From positions 1-61,981 of the IMG/VR virus record IMGVR_UViG_3300033076_000890: a DNA stretch of 61,981 bases. One strand, given 5' to 3'. The translations under genes were made by a program, and so were the position numbers. Shown here piece after piece: positions 8,820 to 20,800 of the stretch. The notes beneath the pieces were generated by a model. It searched no databases. It was not told where the DNA came from and worked only from the letters and a program-made list of their open reading frames with translations. The number at the start of each line of letters is the position of its first letter. Within the stretch, counting starts at the first letter, position 1. Source of the stretch: a virus (lineage: Duplodnaviria > Caudoviricetes).

Positions 8820-11800
8820 TAGTCAACCATTCTTCCTGTAATGAAATCACTCGGAACATTAAGCTTAGGCTGTGACTGCCGTTGTTTAATCTTTTCAAGA
8901 TAATCCGGATTTACAGTGCTTTCTCGCAGTACTGCAGCGTCAGGTATTCCACGCATCTTATCGGAACCCCAAGCAGGTTCTTGGCCATATCCACCACTTT
9001 CTGGTATTCCATACAGTAATGCTGATAAACCAAACTTTTTAACAACCGAACTAGCATTTGGATAGTTATATTTGTATTTCCGAGTAAGGAATTCAAATTG
9101 CTTTCCAGACATACCGGCTCGATCTTCTTTTGTAATCAGGTCCTGCATATAGTAATCACCCATTCTGCCTTCTAGTCCGAATACTCTAGTGAAAGCAGGG
9201 AACTGATATTGCACAAGATCTGGATTATTTTCACCTTGAATAGGTAATACGTGTTGCGAATAACCTAATTCCTCCATATCTTTTAAAGCAGTTTGAACCT
9301 GAAGGTTAGTAAGCATTGACAATGCGTATCTAGATATGCCATTCGGAAATAACTTTGCCAATACTTTTATGTGAGGATACGACGGATTGTAAATAGCTGG
9401 TGCAAGCTTTTTAATTTCTCTGTTGTATTTATCAGCAAGACTATTGTTACCACTACGTTTAGCCTCGTCCATTAATTCACGATAACGTTCAATTTTCTTT
9501 TCTGTGTCTATCCATACTTTTAATCCCGGCATCTTCTGTAAAGCCGCTTCTTCAACATATGTACGACCACTAGCAAGTTGTTTAATTCCTTGAATAGGTG
9601 GGCCAAATCGCCCTTCAATATTTGATTTATATAATTCAGCTGCGTATTTTGCTGCTTTCTCCTGAGTTGATGCATTAGGCTCATTTGTTGCTTGAATATA
9701 CGGAGCCAGAAACAAACGTTTATATAACGTAAATATTGCTGGCATTTGCCATTGCAATGTATTAGCAGCTCTAACAATGCCAAAGTCTGGATTAGTTGGA
9801 TCCCACCACTTTTGTTGATCAATACGTAACTTAGAGGCTAGGTCAACACCTTCATCGTTTAATACTGGTGAATTAATTTTCCTCCAATCTAAAAAGTCTA
9901 CGTACTTACCGTCATTTATTTCATGTAGTTGACGCCGTTCTGCATATATTCCCATAAGTTGCAATACGGCACCAATAACTCCGGCTTGTACAAATGAAGC
10001 AATAAATGTATTGCGATGCTGCCGTTGAACATCTTTTGTACGTAAAGTTCTGAACCACTTTTCCTCAGGAGATGTGTCAATGACATCAAATCCAACTCCA
10101 TATATATCCATGTTCCGTGTTGCTGCACGAGATACATAATTAACTCCTTCTGCAACATACATCTTAGCCATTGATGGAAGATACGTCTGCATCATCAAGG
10201 AGTTAAACCAGTTTGGCGATGTGTAGATAGTTCTAAGTGTCTGATTAAACAAGTTTTGATTATCAGACATCATTAAGTTGTTACCAGTTGGGTGTCCGGT
10301 TACAACATTCAAAAACGCAGCATAATCGCGCTTTGCTTGATCCCTTTGATAATCGTATGAATAATCGTAGCTTTGATCAACATACGCAGAAAACTCTAAG
10401 AATGATTTGACCCTTAAAATATCAGTTGATAACGCACCTGCTCGTTCCCACATATTCACAAATGGTATACGTCTAGCTAATATGCCTTCACCGATATTTT
10501 CTGCTTGTGTTGTAGCAATAGGCATTTCAAACGGATTAATTGTTGGGTCAATTAATTTAGCAGCTTCGTAATTCCTGAACCAGTCACCATAGGTTGTTTT
10601 CAAGCCATATTCAGCTAAATCATTCCATCCATAGGTTTGATTAACTTGACGCTTATGAATTCCCGGTATTCCATATCCAATAACATTTCCCTTAGTACCA
10701 TATTTATTAATATAGTTAAACATCTTGGCATGATACTGAGCATCACCCCACGCTAAGTCTGGTCTGTGTCCAAGAGCAAAGTTTAAGAATTTACCAGTGC
10801 CAGTAGTCGGTGTACCGAATACTTTTGAACCGGGTAGCCACATGTTTGGAAGAAATGCTGATAAACCCCAGAATTGAGCTGCAAAGTTTTTAGGATTCAT
10901 AGCAGTCAACCTGTAGTTTTGTAGCATTACACGGGCAAAGTCTCCGCTTAAAATTAATGCTTTAGCTGCAGATGTAAGCTCGTGATATATACCTAGCGCT
11001 GTAACAGCACCACGCTTAGTAAATGGATTGTTTAAAAACGGAATACTAGCAACACCACCCTTAGGAACTCCAATTGTAGATGGGTGAGGAGTTGGTGAAC
11101 CAGTTGGTCCACTTGCACTAAACATTGTTCGTGAAACATATTCATAATCAGCATCAGGGATACTGACATAAATGTCTTGATCTTTAGCAGTTACACCAAC
11201 TTTAGTAATTGATGGATCAGCTTCACGTTTTATAATGACACGCTTTGGCTGTGGTACAGACAATGCCTTTTCAAGCGCACGTGTTGTAGCAGTTTGATTA
11301 TATTGATCTCGTAATACTGGATCTTGAGCCTGTTCTGGTGATAAGTCAAACGGCATTTTGAAGTACGCCATTTCCTCCGGTGTCATTTCTTGATTATCAT
11401 AATGACCCTCTTCAACACCATCACTCATCCACGTTTTAGTTCTATTGTGTTCAACACGTGGATTTTCCATTGCGTCAGCAATACTGGCTTCTTTATCACC
11501 TTCTAATAGACGTTGTCGTGCTAAGGTGTCTGTTGCATTTTTTCTTTTCCATGCATTCGGAACCTGTCCACTGTCATCAATTAATGCGCGACTAACTAAT
11601 AGTTTAGCAATATGCACTTCTCGTGGGACAATTACAGTATTTCCAACAGATTCTTTTGCAGTTTGTTCTAATGATGGATTACTTAAAAATGCTCTGCGTA
11701 ATAAATCATTGACTGGCTGTTGAAGTAATCGCTGATTATTTACCCATACATCTTGATTTTCACCTGTTATATATCCACTCTTGTATGAATGTTGTAACTC

Positions 11801-14800
11801 ACTCACATTAATTTTTTCGTACTGGTCCCCAAATTGAGTATTTTGATTATTCATTGATTTGCCAGTTTTATTTATGCGGAATATGCGTAGATTAGGAGTA
11901 AGCTGTGCTCCATTTTCATCATGAGTGCGATTTTCTATTCCAAATGGACGAACAATGTCTACACTCCCGCTTAAATTCAATGCGTTGCGTTCTTCTGGAG
12001 ACAAATTTAAATCACGCAATGCATATGGGGTTGGCTCATTTGTTGTTGAACGTAACGAAACTTGACGATTTGGGTTATATAAAGCAAACATCTGACTAAA
12101 TGGACTAGCGTCAATATATGCCCCAGTGCTTACATCACGAGCAACAGATTCTACAAAATTGCGTGGATTATTTAAATTAACTCTGAATGTTGCTCCATCT
12201 GGACTTTGAATAATAACAGACGTAGTATTGCCAGTAGCTCCTCTAAATGACTCTTGGCCATCTAATAACGACCAATCTTTCCATGCATATAAGGCTCTGC
12301 CTAACTCACGACTTTGAGCATCAAGTGTATGCGCTACAGCAAGAAATTCACTAAATGCGCTATTTTTAGCTTGTACTGCGAGCCGATATCGTTCGCGTTC
12401 CTCAATGTCATACACTATGTCACCGTAGTTATTTACATCAGTATCAGCAGTTAATCTCTGTAAGAACAAACGTTTGCTTTCAACTGAATTGCCATACGCA
12501 GCATTCATAAGTGCATCAAGTGTATACATAGCCATTGTAGGCTTAGCGGAATTTAACTCATATGGTGCGTCAATTTTTCCAGTCTCAATAAATGGAGCAA
12601 GCACGTTGTTCCATAAATTGTCATACGATGTATATACACTGGTCAGATCACTATTCGATAAAGATAAACGATCGTTACGCAATACCTGCAACATCATGTC
12701 ACGGACATGATATTCAGATCCGTCATCCAATGTCACTGAATCAGGTATACCAGCAAGTCCAAGCGCTCTATCAATACGTATATTTGGAGATACACGAACA
12801 TCACCACGAGTATTTAAAGCTACATACGCATCAGCGAGCTTGTTTTTTAAGACGTTTATATCACCTTCATCACCTAGCATTGACTTGAATACTGTATACA
12901 AAGCATTCATTTCAGGCGAATCAGGTTCAATTGTCATTGATGTTGTTTGATATGTATCTGCAGCATCGTGCCTAAATAACATCTGTTCTGCAATGTAAGG
13001 AGCGAGTACATTGCTTATTTCATCATTCAATGACTGAATGAATCGTTCCCCTTCTTCTGTAAGGACTTGCTCTCCATCAATATCCACACTAAATTCATTG
13101 AGTAGCATCTTAGATACAACGGCCTCAAACTGAGCAGCTCCATCTAAAACTAATGGCTGCATAGATGTTCGGCTTGCCTTGATGGCCTTGTATTCTGAGC
13201 TTTTAAAGTACGCGTCAAGCGCTTCACCTATAGGTGTTTGAGTACGCAATGTAAATGACTTAGCGTCTCCAGTGAGTAACTTACCTTGCAACTCAACTTG
13301 CTTTTTCCACCTTACATTACCAGTAGTGTTATATACAACACGACCTAGTTTTCGCGTAAGGTCATATACAAGAGCAGAAAATTTAGGGTCAAATTCTTGC
13401 GTGTATCCTACTAGAATTGGATCATATTGGCTTTGAGCATCTGGGCGTAAAGCACCTTCTCCAACCAAGAATCTAAATTGCGTAGGAAAATTTTGTTGTG
13501 ACTTTGTTGGCCCACCAACACGCACGACAACAGGAGCCTCAACTATATATGCATACTCATGCTGTCCAGCTACAGCATAGTCTAAAACGCGTGGATTATC
13601 AGATTGCACTCTAACACGTGGTTTAAACCATCCATCTTCATCAGCTTCGCCACGAACCCATATATTGTCTTTATCAAAAAACACTGGTTCAAATCCAGCA
13701 GCTATTGCTTCATCGAATGTGCGGAATCTCGTCTTAATTACCATCTCTTTGACTTGACCAGAAAATGATCGCGATGGCATAGAGTCTGGAGATGTTACAT
13801 TTGTATCATTGCGCCCATACTCTGGAAATACCTCTACAGTTGATAACAACTCAGGGTTCTGTACTAAATAAGTACGTAGGCTTCCATTTTCAAATGGCAG
13901 CCATGTTGATCCAACTGCATCACCAATTTGACCATCATGTTTAAAGCCAAATCTAAATCGACTTCCAGCAAAATCTCCAATGGTATTTAACGTCAAGCTA
14001 TCTTCAAGACCTGTAATCAACTGTGTGGGAGACATGATTGCAGATTGTGTTTCTTGACGGTTAGGGATGTTAATTCTTAAGTAATCGTCTTTGCGTAATT
14101 GTGCAAATTCAATGGTTCGAGTAAACCCAGTGCGTGGGTTAAGGGCGTTTAATGTAAATTGCTTTGGATTATGAACGCGCGTGAATTCGTATTTTTGTAT
14201 AGGAACACGTGAGTACCAAGCAGCATGTGGTGTACCATTAACGTCTTTAACTATGTCTAATGGTCGTTTGTTTGATATCTGTCGCATTACATAACGCAAC
14301 GTTGATCGCATCTGCTGGAAAACTTCAAGCGTTGCCATGTCAACAGAAGCAGCAGCATTCTTTGAAATCGGGACAGTGTAGTCCGAGATGAAGTTCATCA
14401 TACTAGTAACGAACTTCTCGTGACCATGTGCTATCCAACCCTCAGAAAGATCCTGCCCATTAAACATTAATCCCTTAAGTGGAGCTAACGCTTCATTAAG
14501 TGGCAATGTAGATGATTCTTTTGCTACACGGACTTGCAGGGCTAACGCTAACTCTGCGTTGTTGCGTTTGTCTAACACTTTCTGTATCTCTGCAATTTTT
14601 GTAGGTATTGCATCACGCAACATCCGGTTCTCTTTGCGAGCTGGAGCAAGGACCTCATTCAAAGCATCTACAGCCAATCCGCCCTTAGCAGATAACTGAT
14701 CCATAAATGCAACTTGAGTCACATCATCCATACCAGTAAACAACGGATGGAACATCTCATGAACTAGTGTAAGAGTAGAACGATATTTACTGTTTCCATT

Positions 14801-17800
14801 ACTACCAATATAAAGTAGTGACCCTAACGCCTTTTTCTGATTTGTTTGCAACGTTTGCGTAAATCCATACACGTCACGCTTATCAACAAACAAAGTTGCC
14901 TTAGCGTTTGCAGTCTCTAATATCTCGTCATTAACTAAATAAATTTTGTTGTGCGACGTATAATACTGCTTCTTATATTTAGCAGTTAAATACGACATGA
15001 TGTACGTTTTTTGAGATGGATCCAATTCTGACAAGAAACGTGTAGCTAATGTAGTTGGCTCCATCAGCCTATTAATGCTTTGCTCACCAATGCCTAATAC
15101 GCGCATTGCCTCAGCAATGTCCAATTTAAATTCATTGCTATTTGAGTTAATCTTTACCTCTAAGTGATCAACTGCAAACGAATTGGCATGTATGTCATAT
15201 AAATTAGCTAAGTTATCAGCTAATTGTTGTATTGCAACTCTTTCCATCTGCTGTTTTGTTTCAGCAGAACGTCTTGCATCACCAGTCTCACCCATAGCAT
15301 ATTCGTTATATGCGTCACGAGCACGAATTATAGCTTCAATGATTGGCTTTTCTCGCTCAGTTGCCGATTCGATTGGTGGAAGTTGATTATTGATAACATC
15401 ATCGTAAAGAGTAACTAATTGTGCAGCCGTGTCAATAGGCACGTCAGACATACGTAACGGAAGGTGAGCTAAACGAATTTGTGCATGATTAACAACTGGG
15501 TCATTAGATGTTGCTGCATATACAGACGCATCATCATTGCCAGATTTAAACTGAATACCTTTTGCATTTAACGTTGAAAGTAGTCTTCTTGTTGTAAATG
15601 CGGGGTCACTAGATAGACGTAAGTCATATGAGGAACCAATTTGCGCTGATAATGGCGTATCAACCAATGCCCTATTTGTTTCTGGATTCAGCATGTTAAT
15701 GATCGAATCAATTAATGCTGTCTTTTCCTCTTGGTTTGTAATCCTAATAATGCTCTTAAGGCGCTGGCGTAGATTATCGTAATAATTTTCAACAGTTTTG
15801 CCCGTAAAACTTGAAATCGTAGGCATTGTTTCAAGTTCGTATATAGCAGCTTCAACAGCTATTTTTAATTCCCTGTTGGCACGTGGCAATACATCTGTTT
15901 GCAATTTACGTAATGCCATACGCGTAAATTTACGAACATATGTTGCAGAATCATCATCCATAAGCAAGTTAATAAACTTGCCTTTTGCGTTCTTAAGCTT
16001 CTCCGCCATATATGTTGGATCTGCATAAGAATCCGATATAGCCTTTTTTATAGCTGTTTGATTTTGCTCTAAAGAATTTACAGCCGCCTCAATATCAGCG
16101 TACTTAAAATTACGTGCGAGCATAGTACGCATCAGCACGCGCATACCAGCAAGATTTTGAGCCGTATACGCAACAATGCTTTGGTCCTCAGGCTTTTCAA
16201 TTGTAATCATTCCACCAAAGCTGTCTGGAGACGAAATTACTTCTGCAGCTATTTGCGGAACATCACTGACAAACCTTTGCACGTCAGGATCCATGCTGTC
16301 AACAGATACGACCATCATGTCGTCATCAGTTACATTTACAGGCTCAGATTTATTTGATGGATTTAATGCATCAATAGACGCAATGGATTTTGCTACTTCT
16401 GGACTGATTTTGTATTTTTCTGCAAATACCTCAGGAGATAAAGAACCTGACTGCAATTCAATAACATCAGCCATAGACGCTGAAGCAAACGCTTCAGATT
16501 CTGCCATTCCAGAGCGTAATCGACGAACTTCATCCGTTGCTAGAATATTGCGCACTGATGAATCTGTTGTCAAGCTGCTAGAAATTTCATTTGTGACTAC
16601 ACTGTTACCTCTAGATAAACTCATATACATCTGATGTAAAGCGAGCATATCTACTATAGATATTGACGATGGGTCTAATTTTTGTAATTCTGTTTTTAAC
16701 TTTACACCAGCTGAATCAAGACGGTCGTATAACGTACTAAGTGCAGTAACTGATCTTTCAGCTGCTTTCTGCGCGTCCGTAAGTTGTCCCTGCAATACTT
16801 CGCGCTGCCTAATTAGTTCGTCAAGATTACCACCGGATCTACGAGCCTCAGCTAACTGTTGATCTAATTTACGTAATTCATTTCTCCAGATTTCAACATC
16901 TTCATCTGGAACTTTACTAACTTCATCTGCTATTGCAGATGCATCACCTTCAGTGTCGGCCCTTGCTCCATCTCTATCAAACTCATTAGATACAACCTGT
17001 ATGTCATCAATGGATATGATTCGCATTCGCAAATCAACAATCCTAGACAAAAAGTCATCAATGGCTTCACCTAAAGGTGTTGTCTCTTTAAATCCTTCAA
17101 TGCTTTGCCCAAATATATCTGTTCGGACAAAAGACTCGTTTGTTTCGTCTATGAGTTGCGTTTCTGGTTGCATTTGACGCAACATTTGTAATGTAGTTGT
17201 AGTTAATTTAAAAATAGAATCAAATTCTTCAGCTATTAACCTGTCACGTTCTGAATACAATGCGCGTTTTGCTTCTACATCATCTGGGTTTTCACGTTGA
17301 AGGCGTTCAATTCTGGCACGTACATCACGCACCTTAGGGCTATTATCTATACGGCTTTTTAAATTTGTGAATGATCGATCTAAGCCAAATAATTGGCTTG
17401 CTTGCTTAGCAAAGGTTTCAAACAAGGCAATGTGTTTTCGTTGCTGAGCTTCAGATAATGTCATGCCACTTTCTTTGACAAGATTACTAAGCGACTTGTC
17501 GTAGTGACGTTCAGCACTAAGTGCCTTTAAGTTAGCTGGTTGATCCTCTGCAATAACTTCGCCATTAACGGTAATATCTTGTCGCAACCTAGCTTCACGA
17601 GGCCCATCACTGTCATATTCAGCCAGCGCTTCCATGTCACTAGGTAGTAACATGTCGAGTTCTTGGACTACAGATGTAATTTTTCCAATAGCGTTAGACT
17701 TTTGTTCTGTCGAAAGATTTGGGTTCTCCTCAATAGCACTGATGATTTGATCGTGAAAAGCCCGTAATTCTGGCGCATACGAAATGTTATTTGTCTGTTC

Positions 17801-20800
17801 AGTTCGCCCTTCGGAGTCACGCATAAAATCGCCAGATGAAATCTTATTGTTGATTTGATCAACAACAACTTGAGGCAAGAATGTGTCATACATGTACGAC
17901 ATAGATTCATTCTGGAAATTTATCGCCTCTAACCTATTAGTCCGTAATCCACGTCGCACCATTGCTCTAGTAGTGTCATTAGCCATATGGAATAAGAACT
18001 CTAGTCCCGCATTACGCAAGCGAGCATATACAACATCAGACATCTTATACTTTTGTGATTGTCCTTCTACTTCAACCTCACGAGTTGAAGTAATAAGATC
18101 TCGAATGTCTTTTATGGCTTTATCAAACTTTGATTCAGAACCCCAGAAATCAAGAATTGAATCAGGGAGAATACTGTCACCGCGAACAAGACTTCTAATA
18201 CCAGCATCTTGTGCGGCACTTATTGCTCTGCCTAATGTTGCTTGAGCAGCGTGATTTGCACCTGACAACTTTGTCACGTGCCATAGATCTTGCATGTAAT
18301 AGAATACATGTGGCGCAATACCACGTAAGTTTTGCGCAAATTCTATAACCTTAGATTTACTTAAGTTTGCAATGTCTGCATCTAAACTACGAACAGAAGC
18401 CTTAAATAAATCTTCATCAGACATTGACTCAGCTCGCATCATAAGCATGTTCATGCGACGAGCAATCTGAAGCATTCCAGCTTTTTGTGATATAGAACGC
18501 GGAGCTGCTGCAAACCTAGTGCCATTAATTGCTGCTACGGATGCCCAAATAGCATGAACTCCATACAGCGTCTGATTAAACCCTCGACTTGTAAATACCT
18601 CGGTGGCTTTTCTGAGTTTAACAACAGGCACTTCTTTTCCCGGAGCCATGATGTCATTCATGACCTGTGCCATTACGTCATAAACACCTTCCGGTGTGTT
18701 ACGCGTAGCCCATTCTATTAATCCTAATTGAATACCTTCAACAGTAGCCCTACTATTAACAATCGCATCAAGCACAACCTCAAAAATCTTTTCTGGGGAT
18801 GCGTTAGCTATTTCCTGCTTGCGATCTACAGTTTCGGTAGCAGTAAGTAATCGCGCAATAGCCTCTTCATCAGAAACTGTCATTTCAACTGGACGTAATG
18901 GATTCTTGTTGTTGCCAGCAGAATATTCGTCATACTGCCGTTGTAATGCTTCACGACTGATATTCTTATCGGAAAGAATAAATCTGTCTGCTGAAAGCGT
19001 ATATGCAGCACCAGTAGGATCAGTAATATCTTTTACTGTAGCCATACCGTTATCTGCTTTTATTACAACTCCTTCGGTTACATCATTTGGGTTAGTTTCA
19101 TCACTGGCAAACAATACGCGATCACCAGCTTTTAACTCAACATCATTTACATAACGACCTGTTTGTGGATCTAAACGTAATGCCTTATCGCCAGTTAATC
19201 TATTTCCAGATATTTCATCAATAAGCACCGACATAATTTCTTGAGCTTTGACAGCATCGGGTGCATCTGACTCTAATATCTCACGCACTACTCCTTGTAT
19301 TTCAGTAGGCATTTCAACACGTGAGCGTGTGCCAAGGTTGTGAACATCGGCGTCAATATAACCTTTTCCATTTTTAACAAATGACTCAGCCTGTGCGAGC
19401 ACGGTCCTTGTTTGTAATTCAGGTGTTTGAGCAATATCGGATTCAGTAAGCGGAGAAAGCTTTTTATTTCCACTTTCGGTAATCCGACCTAATGCTACAC
19501 CGCCATCAGGTAATTGGTACAAACCAATTGGAGTTTGTAATCCTATAGTGTCAACAAGTCGGCCATTAACCTGCTCATTTGTCGTAAATTGGATTCTACT
19601 TGGGAAGTTTTCGCTATCACCAATGTCAATAACGGATTCTTTATTTGCGACATCACGACGCATGCCAGTTCGACTATAGACTTCATTTAAAGCGTTTAGT
19701 AACCCCTGAGTTCCGGGTATTCCTGATAAATCTTTTTGTACTTCTTCAAACGATGCATACGTGTAAGTAACATCTGTAACTCGTTCGCCATTACGACCAG
19801 ATGTGCCCTTTGATTCTTTTACTATAATTGTGCCGTCAGGACGGATGGCGCCAATGGCTTTAGATACACCATTGCGTATCCACATGTTATTTCTAGGAGA
19901 AAACTCAGACTTAAGTGATCGCATGACATTTGTCAAACGCTCAATTCGTGCATTAGCTCCTAACTTATCTTGATTGATTGAGTCAATAATACGTACGTCT
20001 TCTAACCCAGCTTCACCGCGATGTAAAGACGCGTCACTAAATCGTTTGTTATAGACAATGTATTCAGGTTGTCCATCTTGCTCGCCAATTTTAATAGCGT
20101 AAAACTTTTTGTCTGGCTGTTGCTCTATAGCAGCTTCATCTCCAGCATACTTTGCACCACGCTGCATCATGTCGTATTCGGCAGCAATTGCTGGTTCAAG
20201 TTGACGTGCTAATTGAGCAACGGCCTTCTTGCGGAATGCAGGATCAATAGGAAACAAGTTTTTATTAACTGTCATTTGATGTAATGGGCTATCAAATGGC
20301 AAACTCTCATTATCTCCACGAACGCGCATTTGTTTAATTACGTCATCAGCGGTGGCCGAATTGACACTTTTCCCATTCAATATTTCAAAAAATATTTGAT
20401 CAAGTGACTTTACTGTTGGAGCAGATCTATCCTGTTGCTGAAACTCTTGTGCTGCCATTTCATACAGCATTGACGTCACCCGTTGTAAGTCTTGTGTGTT
20501 TGCACTACGACCACCACGTAAAGTCTCATAACGGGCGTTTACACCCAACGCATGGAAAGATGCATTGTCAATTGCATCCATTGCAGCAAATCTTGCCTGA
20601 CCCTTAATATCGGTGCTGCGATTTAAGTTATTAGCAAACAGTGGTTGCAGTGCCTTGTGTGGTCTTACTGCAACTGCTGTCAATAATGCAGTTCTTGCCC
20701 ACTCTTTAGCAGTTGGTGCTTGTACATTCTCATAATACTTAGATCCCCATGACCTTGCTATTGGGTCAAATACGTTTGTTAAACCAAACGCAACGTCAGG